Shown: positions 29,700-38,869 of the stretch, one piece after another | How the letters are laid out: the number at the start of each line of letters is the position of its first letter | How positions within the stretch are numbered: position 1 is the stretch's first letter | IMG/VR virus record: IMGVR_UViG_3300047299_000128 | Coordinates: 10,741-74,740 of that record | Strand: one strand, 5' to 3' | Length of the DNA stretch: 64,000 nt | Origin: a virus | Made by a program: the position numbers and the translations under genes | The notes under the pieces: model-generated | What the model was told of the DNA's origin: nothing | The model's database searches: none | What the model saw: only the letters and a program-made list of their open reading frames with translations

Positions 29700-30962
29700 A
29701 TGGCAGTTAATTTTGATACAGTAGCAGATAGAGTATTTGACCAGCTTAAAGGCTTTGGTCATAGCATTACTATTTTTGACGAAAACGGTAAACAAACAGT
29801 AAACGCAGAATCGGGCCGTTATTTTTACAGCACCGACCAAAAGTTTACAGTAGAGATCAACGAAGACGAAAACGTGATCAAGATCAAGTATGGCGAAAAT
29901 ACAGATCCAGAACGTATGCAAAAACTGCAAAGTACCATTCGCAATGGTATCGCAAAGAAATATTTAATGGGAGTTGATCTTAGACCTTATACAGGTAAAG
30001 ACATCGAACTAAAGGACGTGGATAATATGGTAAAAGTTCAAGAAAGTTTAGGACCCGTTGCTGGTTCTGTAAAAACAAGTTATCAGCAAACAGAAGGTGC
30101 TAGATTAATTATTAGACATAGTAAACCGGTGAATGAAGAAATTCGTGGCAGCAGAAGCCGAAACATTCATTCTTTGTTTATTGAAAATGCACAAGGAGAA
30201 CGTTTCCGTTATCCGCATACTCATTTGGCAGCTGCCCGCACTATGACACAGCACGTAGCAGAAGGCGGTACACCGTACGATGAAATCGGGCAAAAAATTA
30301 TTGGCTTAAGTGAAGAACGCGGTCAGTTATTACAAGTTGCTCGTTATATTAAATCGAACGGATTACATGAACAAGCCAATGATGTACAATACGCAGTTGG
30401 ACAACGTTTAAGCGAAATTAAAGGCTTGTTAGCAGGTCGTTATAATTCCGAACGTTTAATGGGCGATGTACACGAAGCAGACGAATCCAATTTAGAAGCA
30501 CTGCAAGAAAAATTAACCAAAAATACATTCGACGAAAGCATTAGTGCTATGCTACCAAAGCTAAATGGTTATGTAAAACAATACCAAATGCAAATGGAAG
30601 CAACTAAAGAATTCAATACTTTAAAGTTGCAAGTAGAAGAATCTATGGATATTGCAGTTAGTTCTATTCCTGATTTGGAATACACTAGCATGATGGTATA
30701 TGAAAGCCCAACAGTCAATACGACTGAACTAATCAACATGGTTCTGCCAGTATTAGAAGATCAAGCACTAAAAGCATCGCTAACCAAAGTAAGTAAGCAC
30801 GTTGCAGAAGGTCGTTTAGATCCAATGGCAGTAGAAAACTTAACTCGTAGCATTATTGGTAAGTGCAGCAAGCAAGTAGAAGAAAGCAACAGCCGTTTTG
30901 AAGTTGGTGCTATGTTTGAAAGCGCTTTACGTAAATATACCGTTGAGCAAATATTGAAATAA
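29700..30962 (+). CDS. Conserved hypothetical late protein
   Basis: 420 aa; start revised to 29700, 5 nt after GCTAAATA. Confidence 0.7.
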   Translation: MAVNFDTVADRVFDQLKGFGHSITIFDENGKQTVNAESGRYFYSTDQKFTVEINEDENVIKIKYGENTDPERMQKLQSTIRNGIAKKYLMGVDLRPYTGKDIELKDVDNMVKVQESLGPVAGSVKTSYQQTEGARLIIRHSKPVNEEIRGSRSRNIHSLFIENAQGERFRYPHTHLAAARTMTQHVAEGGTPYDEIGQKIIGLSEERGQLLQVARYIKSNGLHEQANDVQYAVGQRLSEIKGLLAGRYNSERLMGDVHEADESNLEALQEKLTKNTFDESISAMLPKLNGYVKQYQMQMEATKEFNTLKLQVEESMDIAVSSIPDLEYTSMMVYESPTVNTTELINMVLPVLEDQALKASLTKVSKHVAEGRLDPMAVENLTRSIIGKCSKQVEESNSRFEVGAMFESALRKYTVEQILK

Positions 30963-31117
30963 GAATATAAATATTTTCAAGAGCAGTTTAGCCAAAAGGA
31001 CAAATTGCTCTTGATTTAGCAAGCATTAGTTTGCTATAATTGTTCATAAGACGAGAGTGTCTTATGATCCAGGCATAAAATAGGTTTACCCCTGGCTTAA
31101 ACTAAGGAAATAAAAAC

Positions 31118-32122
31118 ATGGCAACATTAGCAGAAATCCGTGCTCGACTATTAGAGCAAGAAAACCGTACAAGCGGCAACAAACAAGGCGGCGGAGGCGA
31201 TACCGCAATCTTCCCGTTTTGGAACATCCCAGAAAACTCAACAGCAGTACTTCGCTTCTTACCAGATGGCGACGAGTCAAACACTTTCCCGTGGAAAGAA
31301 CGTCAAATGATTAACTTGGAATTCCCAGGTGTCAAAGGCGGAGATGAAGGCAAGCGAGTTACTGTAAAGGTTCCTTGTATGGAAATGTGGAAAGAAACTT
31401 GCCCTATTCACGCAGAGATCCGCCCATGGTTCAAAGATAAATCTTTGGAAGACTTGGGTCGCAAGTATTGGAAAAAGAAAAGCTACATCTTCCAAGGCTT
31501 TGTTATTAGCAGCACTTTGGCAGAAGAAAATCTTCCAGAAAACATTATCCGTCGGTTTATTGTCAACCCAAGTATCTTTAACATTGTTAAAGGCGCGTTG
31601 ATGGACCCGGATATGGAAAGTCTATTTACAGACTACGAAAACGGTACAGACTTCCGTTTGACAAAAACAACTAAAGGTCAATACGCAGACTACAGCACTA
31701 GTAGCTTTGCTCGTAAGGAGCGTGGTTTAAATGAAGTCGAGTTGCAAGCAATCGCTACACATGGCTTGTATAACTTGAACGACTTTATGCCTAAGAAGCC
31801 AACTAAAGAAGAAGTTGACATGATCTATGACATGTTCAAAGCAAGCGTAGACGGCGAGTTGTATGACCCTCAACGTTGGGGAGCTCACTTTAAGCCAGCC
31901 GGTGTAAACCTTGGCAACCTTGCTCCGGCAAGCGGCAGCGATGAAGAAGCACCTGCTCGCCCAGCGCCAGCAGCTACAAAGCCAGCAGTTGTTGCAAAGC
32001 CAACCGTAGTGGCAGATGACAGTGACGATGAACCTCCGTTTGATACCGATGGCGCTGCGCCAGAAGGTAAGAAGAATGTCAACGACATTCTTGCAATGAT
32101 TCGCAACCGCCAACAAAAGTAA
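31118..32122 (+). CDS. gp32: Single-stranded DNA-binding protein (T4 gp32-like)
   Basis: LRFLPDG; C...CP metal site; YADYSTS; acidic C-terminal tail; upstream of uvsX. Confidence 0.85.
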   Translation: MATLAEIRARLLEQENRTSGNKQGGGGDTAIFPFWNIPENSTAVLRFLPDGDESNTFPWKERQMINLEFPGVKGGDEGKRVTVKVPCMEMWKETCPIHAEIRPWFKDKSLEDLGRKYWKKKSYIFQGFVISSTLAEENLPENIIRRFIVNPSIFNIVKGALMDPDMESLFTDYENGTDFRLTKTTKGQYADYSTSSFARKERGLNEVELQAIATHGLYNLNDFMPKKPTKEEVDMIYDMFKASVDGELYDPQRWGAHFKPAGVNLGNLAPASGSDEEAPARPAPAATKPAVVAKPTVVADDSDDEPPFDTDGAAPEGKKNVNDILAMIRNRQQK

Positions 32123-32124
32123 GG

Positions 32125-32147
32125 ACAAGGGCGCAAGCCCTTGTTTA
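32125..32147 (+). terminator. Hairpin terminator with a GCAA tetraloop
   Basis: ACAAGGGC-GCAA-GCCCTTGT followed by TT. Confidence 0.65.
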
Positions 32148-32151
32148 AACC

Positions 32152-32406
32152 ATGACACTACCAGACGAACGATATCGTAGTCTTGTGCAGACAAAAAAGT
32201 TTCTCATGGAATTATTAAGTCCGCACATGACTCCAAGAGTACCTAAACTAATACGTCATCGTGCATCTAGTTTGTTGCGTCATTGGCCGGATGATTATCA
32301 TTTGGAATTAATGACGCAGCACATGCCCGATCACTTTGCAAAACAAATAGAACCATTGACACGAATGATAATGGTATACGATCAAGAACAAAAGGAAGAA
32401 CCATGA
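32152..32406 (+). CDS. Hypothetical protein
   Basis: MTLPDERYRS...TPRVPK..R..A..LLRHWP; coupled to uvsX. Confidence 0.65.
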   Translation: MTLPDERYRSLVQTKKFLMELLSPHMTPRVPKLIRHRASSLLRHWPDDYHLELMTQHMPDHFAKQIEPLTRMIMVYDQEQKEEP

Positions 32407-33473
32407 CAAAACCCTTCGACGTTTCCAAATTTAGAAAAAGCATTACAAAAAGCATCGACGGCTTAAGTATCGGCTTTAACGATCCTACAGATTGGATCAG
32501 CACTGGCAACTATACACTAAACTATCTCATCAGCGGCGACTTTTTTAAAGGCGTTCCTATGGGCAAGGTAACTGTATTTGCCGGTGAATCGGGTGCAGGT
32601 AAAAGTTATATCTGCTCAGGAAACCTAATCCGCCATGCGCAAGAGCAAGGCATTTATGTAGTATTAGTAGACAGTGAAAACGCATTAGATGAAGCATGGT
32701 TGCATGCACTAGGCGTTGATACAGACGAAAGCAAGTTGTTAAAACTTAACATGGCTATGATCGATGATGTAGCCAAAACTATCACGCAGTTTGTAACAGA
32801 TTACAAAGCAACTCCAGAAGACGAACGTCCAAAAGTGTTGTTTGTCATTGACTCTTTGGGTATGTTGTTAACTCCTACAGACGTTAATCAGTTTGAAGCA
32901 GGTGACTTGAAAGGTGACATGGGTCGTAAGCCAAAGGCATTGACAGCATTGGTTCGTAACTGTGTAAACATGTTTGGTAATCTAAACATTGGTCTGGTTG
33001 CAACTAACCATACATACGCAAGCCAAGACATGTTTGATCCAGATGACAAGATTTCCGGCGGCCAAGGCTTTATCTATGCAAGTTCCATTGTTGTAGCTAT
33101 GCGTAAGTTAAAGTTGAAATTAGACGAAGACGGTAATAAAACTACGACAGTTAACGGTATCCGTGCCAGTTGTAAGATTATGAAAACTCGTTATGCTAAA
33201 CCGTTTGAATCAGTGCATGTACAAATTCCATATTCGACAGGTATGAGTCCATACTCCGGATTGTTTGACATGTTAGAAGAACGTGCATTACTCAAGCGAG
33301 AAGGCAACAGTTATCTTTATACAACTAAAGAAGGTGAAATTTTTAAAGCTATGCGTAAAGGCTGGACTAACGAATTGTTAGATAAAGTTATGGCAGACAT
33401 TATGCTTAGAGATTTGACAGCGGGTGTAAATACAGCAGAAGTTGATAAGGAGGAGCCAGCAGATGCTGCATGA
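32403..33473 (+). CDS. uvsX: RecA-like recombinase UvsX
   Basis: AGESGAGKS; DSENA; VIDSLG; TNHTY; SGG.GF.YASS. Confidence 0.95.
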   Translation: MTKPFDVSKFRKSITKSIDGLSIGFNDPTDWISTGNYTLNYLISGDFFKGVPMGKVTVFAGESGAGKSYICSGNLIRHAQEQGIYVVLVDSENALDEAWLHALGVDTDESKLLKLNMAMIDDVAKTITQFVTDYKATPEDERPKVLFVIDSLGMLLTPTDVNQFEAGDLKGDMGRKPKALTALVRNCVNMFGNLNIGLVATNHTYASQDMFDPDDKISGGQGFIYASSIVVAMRKLKLKLDEDGNKTTTVNGIRASCKIMKTRYAKPFESVHVQIPYSTGMSPYSGLFDMLEERALLKREGNSYLYTTKEGEIFKAMRKGWTNELLDKVMADIMLRDLTAGVNTAEVDKEEPADAA

Positions 33474-33729
33474 TGAAGAAGTTAATTTGATTGTTGACGT
33501 ATGGACAAGTGTTAAGACATACATTGACAAAAAAGAGCGTTATGACGCCGCAAGCGCATTTTTGCGTAGCTTGGAAAATCACTATGACATGGATAGTGTA
33601 AGCGGCGAATTGCGCGGAAACGACAGTGTGCTAGATACAGTAATTAAAGACATTTATGGTGATGACGACTTGGAAAAAGACGACGACTATGAAGACGATA
33701 ATTACGACTCAGATTACGACGACGAATGA
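33463..33729 (+). CDS. Acidic hypothetical protein
   Basis: GGAGGAG RBS; start revised to 33463. Confidence 0.65.
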   Translation: MLHDEEVNLIVDVWTSVKTYIDKKERYDAASAFLRSLENHYDMDSVSGELRGNDSVLDTVIKDIYGDDDLEKDDDYEDDNYDSDYDDE

Positions 33730-34187
33730 GTAATTGGTATAGAAAGGTATCGGACGATGCTAGTACATTGCCCGATGCCATAACCTACTTTGAATCTGAA
33801 TTAGCCGGTGCTAGGATGGAAACTAGCCTTAAGGGTAATTTAGAAACAAACTCCAGGCTCATGCCGGGTATTGTCGAGCATAGGTTTAACCAATTACAGG
33901 AAGTTGAAGCCATCTTAGAATGGCTCAACATCCAACTTAGAAAAAAGCGTAGCGAAGTGTTTAAGAAGTTTATTGAAAACTACAACAGGGCATTAAGCAG
34001 TCGTGACGCCGAAAAATATGTAGACGGTGACGCAGAAGTTTATCAATGGCAATTATTGATAAACGAGTTTGCTATGGTGCGTAATAAGTATTTGGGTTTA
34101 ATGAAAGCAATTGACGTCAAGCAATGGCAAATAACCAATATTACTAAACTCCGTGTTGCGGGTATGGATGACACTACTTTGGGTTAA
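33726..34187 (+). CDS. uvsY: Recombination mediator UvsY
   Basis: Helical; KYVDGD...K.W.I.NI.KLR C-terminus typical of UvsY; near uvsX. Confidence 0.75.
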   Translation: MSNWYRKVSDDASTLPDAITYFESELAGARMETSLKGNLETNSRLMPGIVEHRFNQLQEVEAILEWLNIQLRKKRSEVFKKFIENYNRALSSRDAEKYVDGDAEVYQWQLLINEFAMVRNKYLGLMKAIDVKQWQITNITKLRVAGMDDTTLG

Positions 34188-34216
34188 TTGACACAAATTG
34201 GTTTTGGTTATATAAT
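34188..34216 (+). promoter_or_regulatory. Early promoter (cassette 1)
   Basis: TTGACAcaaattggttttggttaTATAAT. Confidence 0.85.
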
Positions 34217-34270
34217 ACAAGAACAGTAAATAATGTGCTTACTGAATAACAGACAGAGAAAGGAATTCAT

Positions 34271-34504
34271 ATGTCTAAATCAATTCTCCTTAGTGAAATT
34301 ATTAACTATCTCCAGCGCCAAAAAAGCATGGGAAAAAAGATCGTTTATCGTACTATTGTTTACGCGGTTATGGAAGACCGGGTGGGTGCTAATGCAATTG
34401 GCACTGGTATTGCAATGACACGTAACGTAATGGATCTTGCCGCAAAAGCTACCGGCGGAACTTACATTAGCGATGCAGGCCGAGCTCGAATAGTGTATAA
34501 TTGA
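34271..34504 (+). CDS. Hypothetical early protein
   Basis: AAGGA RBS; 77 aa. Confidence 0.65.
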   Translation: MSKSILLSEIINYLQRQKSMGKKIVYRTIVYAVMEDRVGANAIGTGIAMTRNVMDLAAKATGGTYISDAGRARIVYN

Positions 34505-34529
34505 CACAAATTGGTTTTGGCCTTATAAT
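34501..34529 (+). promoter_or_regulatory. Early promoter (cassette 2)
   Basis: TTGACAcaaattggttttggcctTATAAT. Confidence 0.85.
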
Positions 34530-34561
34530 ACATACATAGCGTAACAAAACAGGAGTTAGTA

Positions 34562-34798
34562 ATGATTAAGCGTTTTAAACAGTCGCAGAAATTTCGTGTT
34601 ATTTCTGGCAATACTTGTTTTTATGCTACTGCTAAACAAATTCGCAATGGCATCGGCGATATGTCCGCGTTTAATTCTTCGTTGCAAAAATGTCTTGATG
34701 CACTAGAATTCCAGCGTTCCGGTGCAGATATTCTTGCATGCTCTACTGGACTTGCTGGAAATTGGACTGGGATTGTTGTGCAGTTGGACATGGCTTAA
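34562..34798 (+). CDS. Hypothetical early protein
   Basis: AGGAG RBS; 78 aa. Confidence 0.7.
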   Translation: MIKRFKQSQKFRVISGNTCFYATAKQIRNGIGDMSAFNSSLQKCLDALEFQRSGADILACSTGLAGNWTGIVVQLDMA

Positions 34799-34799
34799 T

Positions 34800-34828
34800 T
34801 TGACACAAATTATAGCAGACGCTATAAT
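34800..34828 (+). promoter_or_regulatory. Early promoter (cassette 3)
   Basis: TTGACAcaaattatagcagacgcTATAAT. Confidence 0.85.
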
Positions 34829-34903
34829 ACAAGAATAGTAAGCAATGACGCTTACTTCCGGTGTAGGGCGGTAACCCTTCTTAAAGTCTAGAAAGGACGT
34901 AAA

Positions 34904-35185
34904 ATGAGTATTAGTGTTAAACAGAAAAAAGACGGCATTCGTGCCCGCATTGCCGCACATATGGCGGTTAATCTTACTTTGCTTAAAGAAGAAGCAGATA
35001 AGTGGGATACAGAAATGTACGGAGATGTCGTAATCAACGGCAATACTAACAATGCCGTAAAAACGCATGTTTCGGAAATCTTCGAAGAATTCGAAATGTC
35101 CGGCGAATATATGCGAACCAGAATCCCCAGTCGTAAAGGAAATGGTCATAAACAACTCTTGCTAGTCAAGAAGTCAGCTAATTGA
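34904..35185 (+). CDS. Hypothetical early protein
   Basis: AAGGA RBS; 93 aa. Confidence 0.65.
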   Translation: MSISVKQKKDGIRARIAAHMAVNLTLLKEEADKWDTEMYGDVVINGNTNNAVKTHVSEIFEEFEMSGEYMRTRIPSRKGNGHKQLLLVKKSAN

Positions 35186-35210
35186 CACAAATTAGCCTTA
35201 GTGCTATAAT
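35182..35210 (+). promoter_or_regulatory. Early promoter (cassette 4)
   Basis: TTGACAcaaattagccttagtgcTATAAT. Confidence 0.85.
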
Positions 35211-35241
35211 ACATTTTTAGTTAACAAAACAGGAGTTTTAC

Positions 35242-36312
35242 ATGGCTAATGTAACCGTTTTTGAAGGCGAGTATCGCGGCACTAAGGTTAAAAACGAAAC
35301 CTTCCGTCTAGTTGCAGACGTTAAGTCGGGCGCCAAAGGCATGTTTGTCACAGTACAAGACAACGGAATTTTGGGCTACAAAGGTAAGTCTGTCCGCGTT
35401 AAGATTAAATCCATGGAAGATATTACAGTGAGTGGGCAGTCCATTGCAGACATGTCGGACAGCGAGCGTAAGGTTGCAAACGACTCTAATGTATTGAGCA
35501 TTGTCAAACCTGCAGAGCCCGAAGTGTACACAGAAACAGACGAGCAAGCGATTGAGCGTATTCGCGAACGTTTTGACATTCTCGAGGAAATGACAGAAGG
35601 CACTACAACGGGCGCAGTTCGTGCTATGATTGTTTCCGGTCCTCCTGGCGTTGGCAAATCTTTTGGTGTTGAGAAGAAGCTGGAAGAAGCCGCTTTGTTT
35701 GACAAAATGGCACAACGCCGTAGCCGTTTTGAAGTCGTTAAAGGTGCCATGTCGGCATTGGGTTTGTATGCCAAACTTTACAAATACAGCGACGAGAATA
35801 ACGTGCTGGTGTTTGATGACTGCGACAGCATCTTGCTCGACGACTTGTCGCTCAACATTTTGAAAGCGGCCTTGGATAGTTCTAAAAAGCGTACTATCTC
35901 TTGGAACACCGACAGCCGTATGCTTAGCCAAGAAGGCATTCCTGATCGTTTTGACTTTAAAGGTTCTGTGATTTTTATCACCAACATTAAGTTCGAGCAC
36001 GTTCGTTCTAAGAAGCTTAAAGATCACCTGGACGCATTGGAGTCGCGCTGTCACTATCTGGACTTGACAATGGACACTCAACGTGACAAGTTTCTCCGCA
36101 TTAAACAGATTGTGCGTGATGGCATGTTGGACAGTTATGATTTTGAAGACACTGCCGCCCAGGAGATTGTAGACTTTATGTGGGAACAGCGTAGTCGCTT
36201 GCGTGAGCTGAGCCTGCGTACTGTTCTTAAAATTGCAGACTTGCGCAAAATGAGCGCAGGCAATTGGAAACGCCTTGCAGAAACAACTATCCTCAAGCGA
36301 GCAGAAGCCTAA
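35242..36312 (+). CDS. AAA+ ATPase
   Basis: GPPGVGKS Walker A; VFDDCD Walker B; FITN sensor; ALESR arginine finger. Confidence 0.85.
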   Translation: MANVTVFEGEYRGTKVKNETFRLVADVKSGAKGMFVTVQDNGILGYKGKSVRVKIKSMEDITVSGQSIADMSDSERKVANDSNVLSIVKPAEPEVYTETDEQAIERIRERFDILEEMTEGTTTGAVRAMIVSGPPGVGKSFGVEKKLEEAALFDKMAQRRSRFEVVKGAMSALGLYAKLYKYSDENNVLVFDDCDSILLDDLSLNILKAALDSSKKRTISWNTDSRMLSQEGIPDRFDFKGSVIFITNIKFEHVRSKKLKDHLDALESRCHYLDLTMDTQRDKFLRIKQIVRDGMLDSYDFEDTAAQEIVDFMWEQRSRLRELSLRTVLKIADLRKMSAGNWKRLAETTILKRAEA

Positions 36313-36351
36313 TTGGCTTTAATTGGTATATACTAAACAAAAGGATTTATT

Positions 36352-38448
36352 ATGAATTATAAACTTTCCGCAGTAGCCGTTGCCGTAGCAGTATTTTCCG
36401 GTAGTGTGCAAGCACAGTATTTTGGCAATCGCGAAACTCAGGCACAGCAACAATACCTAAATGCTATCGGTGCCCCGCAGGCCTGGGCACGTGGCATTAC
36501 AGGTAAAGGTGTTACGATTGCAATCATTGATAACGGCTTTGATCCAACACACTCTGATATTGAAAAGAACGTGATTGGTACTGTTAACCTTTCTGCACTT
36601 AGAACAGTGCCGGGTTTGCACGGAACACAAATGGCGTCGATTGCAGCTGGTCGGTTGGACAAGTATGGCACAGTTGGCGTGGCACCAGAAGCTAGTTTGT
36701 TGCTAGCTCAAGTGACTAGTAGCATTAGCAGTGCTAATGGCACCGCAGGTGCAGGCATCAATATGGATGTTGTTCTCAAAAGCATGACATGGGCAGAAGC
36801 CAACGGCGCAAGTGTTATTAACTTGAGCTTGGGTTCTAACTACGATTCGACATTTAAAGCAAAGACGGTTGAACTCACACCTGGTTCGGGTGTATACCGT
36901 GCTTATTCTGCTTATGGTAATACCAAAACAGGTACGCTGGCCGCATTGTACGGCACTACTTACCAATCGGTAACTAACTTTGTCAATACAACCAAAAAGT
37001 CGGTTATCGTAGCTGCCGCAGGCAACTCGGCTAGTGCATATGCTCAATTCCCTGGCGCATTTGCAACTCAAACAGACGCCGCCGGCAATTTGCTACTTGG
37101 TGGTCGTGTGCTGATTGTAGGTAATGCCGCATCCGACGGTAAAGGCGGATGGACGATGAACGCACAAAGTAGCCGAGCAGGCAGTTTGTGTTCTAATATT
37201 GTAGGCAATACTTGCCAAGACAAATACTATGTAAAAGACTTTTATGTAGTTGCACCTGGTACAGGTATTTGGGGAGCAGTCCCGGACGCCGCACGTAATG
37301 CACGAGGTATCGCAGAAGGCGGCACAGATGGTATCGGTGGAACATCCGGTACTAGCCCAGCAGCCGCAATGGTTTCGGGTGGCGTTGCACTGATTAAACA
37401 AGCGTGGCCGCAACTTACAGCCGCACAAGTCGTTCACTTGGTCAAGACTACGGCTACTGATATGGGAGCACCCGGTGTTGATGCAGTGTACGGTTATGGT
37501 ATGGTAAACTTTGACAAGGCAACACAACCTCAAGGCCTGTTGAAGATTGCTAACTTTAAAGGTTACGGACTTTCTACTGCCCAAGCAGTTACTACAACTG
37601 GTTTGGCTACTAGCGGTGCCGCAAGCCTTAAAACAAGTAGTGTGCTTAAAAACGTGCAAGGCTTGGACAGTTACAACCGCAACTATGCAATGGACATGAC
37701 TCGTGCGACTGTAGCAAATCCTGTTATGACATATCGTGCTAGTAGCAGTTACTTGGCAATGAGCCCGCAAGGCTATCACGAAGTTGCAGTACCTGTAAAT
37801 CAAAATTACAGTTTTAAACTAATGCAAAGTCAAGCAGGTAACGCTACAGAAGTTACTTACCATCAACGTGATACTAGCTACAGTTTCCAATTTGGTAGCA
37901 TGCAAGAAAAGTCAGGCTTCTTGGGCACGTATGGCGCTGGAATGATGGCACTAGGCGACAGTGCTACTAGCTATATGCAACTTGGTACTGAACATAAGTT
38001 TGGAGACTTTACAGCATTTGGCGCATATGGTATGGGTGTAACGAATGCAGGAAGTGTGGCAGACAGCATGGTGCAATTAAACAGTCGTATTGTTAGCCAA
38101 ACATGGCGCTTGGGTGTTGCTAAGAGTAATGTGTTCCAAAACAAAGACTCGGTTAGTGTAAGTTTGGTTAGCCCGGTAAGTGTACGTCGAGGTACTGCGA
38201 CAGTGACAGCGGTAACTGATTATGAATTTACCCAAACAGATGACGGCGCAGATGCTCGCAGTATTGTTAGCACCGAAACAGTTAGTTTGGTTCCAACTAC
38301 TCGTCCGCTGGACTTGGTGCTTGGTTATACTGTGGTAGGCAAGGGTTATGATCGAGTTAGCCTGAACGTAGCACGCCAATTTAATGTAGGCGGAGTTGCT
38401 GGTAGCACATCTAGCAGTGTAGGCGTAATGGCAGTTAAATCATTCTAA
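36352..38448 (+). CDS. Subtilisin-family (S8) serine protease with a signal peptide and an autotransporter-like C-terminal beta-domain
   Basis: IAIIDNG, HGTQMASIAAG, AAGNS, SGTSPAAAMVSG; amphipathic beta C-terminus ending in F. Confidence 0.85.
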   Translation: MNYKLSAVAVAVAVFSGSVQAQYFGNRETQAQQQYLNAIGAPQAWARGITGKGVTIAIIDNGFDPTHSDIEKNVIGTVNLSALRTVPGLHGTQMASIAAGRLDKYGTVGVAPEASLLLAQVTSSISSANGTAGAGINMDVVLKSMTWAEANGASVINLSLGSNYDSTFKAKTVELTPGSGVYRAYSAYGNTKTGTLAALYGTTYQSVTNFVNTTKKSVIVAAAGNSASAYAQFPGAFATQTDAAGNLLLGGRVLIVGNAASDGKGGWTMNAQSSRAGSLCSNIVGNTCQDKYYVKDFYVVAPGTGIWGAVPDAARNARGIAEGGTDGIGGTSGTSPAAAMVSGGVALIKQAWPQLTAAQVVHLVKTTATDMGAPGVDAVYGYGMVNFDKATQPQGLLKIANFKGYGLSTAQAVTTTGLATSGAASLKTSSVLKNVQGLDSYNRNYAMDMTRATVANPVMTYRASSSYLAMSPQGYHEVAVPVNQNYSFKLMQSQAGNATEVTYHQRDTSYSFQFGSMQEKSGFLGTYGAGMMALGDSATSYMQLGTEHKFGDFTAFGAYGMGVTNAGSVADSMVQLNSRIVSQTWRLGVAKSNVFQNKDSVSVSLVSPVSVRRGTATVTAVTDYEFTQTDDGADARSIVSTETVSLVPTTRPLDLVLGYTVVGKGYDRVSLNVARQFNVGGVAGSTSSSVGVMAVKSF

Positions 38449-38658
38449 ATGGAACTAGACCTACACGGAGTTAGGCACTATGAGGTAGACAGGGTTGTAG
38501 AAAACTTTGTCTACCTTAACCAATCTAGTGTGCCATTATCTATTATTTGCGGTAATAGCCTGCGTATGATGCAGTTAGCCAAAGAAACTTTAGATCGAAT
38601 AGGCTGTGAATACTACGAACCGAGATTTGGTGTGATCTGCATAATTCGATTAAATTGA
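38449..38658 (+). CDS. Small Smr-domain-like protein
   Basis: LDLHG...IICGNS matches the Smr pattern LDLHG...IITG. Confidence 0.6.
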   Translation: MELDLHGVRHYEVDRVVENFVYLNQSSVPLSIICGNSLRMMQLAKETLDRIGCEYYEPRFGVICIIRLN

Positions 38659-38683
38659 CACAAATTGGTTATTATTGTATAAT
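38655..38683 (+). promoter_or_regulatory. Early promoter (leaderless transcript)
   Basis: TTGACAcaaattggttattattgTATAAT; ATG at 38690. Confidence 0.85.
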
Positions 38684-38689
38684 ACTTGT

Positions 38690-38869
38690 ATGATGAATAA
38701 AGAACCCGTGGAACTATTCTGTACCGAAGACGATGATGGGCTTTGGCTTGTCTGGTTCCCGCATCCTCTTGGCGGTATGAATGTGCTAGAAACTTTTAAC
38801 AACGAAACCGAAGCTCGTGCATTTTGGCAAGAGCAATTGGATTCGGCAGATTTTGGAGATAAAGAATGA
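38690..38869 (+). CDS. Hypothetical early protein
   Basis: 59 aa; begins at the predicted TSS; ATGA-coupled to the next gene. Confidence 0.6.
   Translation: MMNKEPVELFCTEDDDGLWLVWFPHPLGGMNVLETFNNETEARAFWQEQLDSADFGDKE

Noticed and set aside
34188-35210. CRISPR array
   Set aside because: The repeats are promoters separated by ~300-bp ORF-containing units, not 30-40-bp spacers; no cas operon
35308-36081. 257-aa antisense ORF over the AAA ATPase
   Set aside because: No recognisable motifs; explained by codon bias on the sense strand
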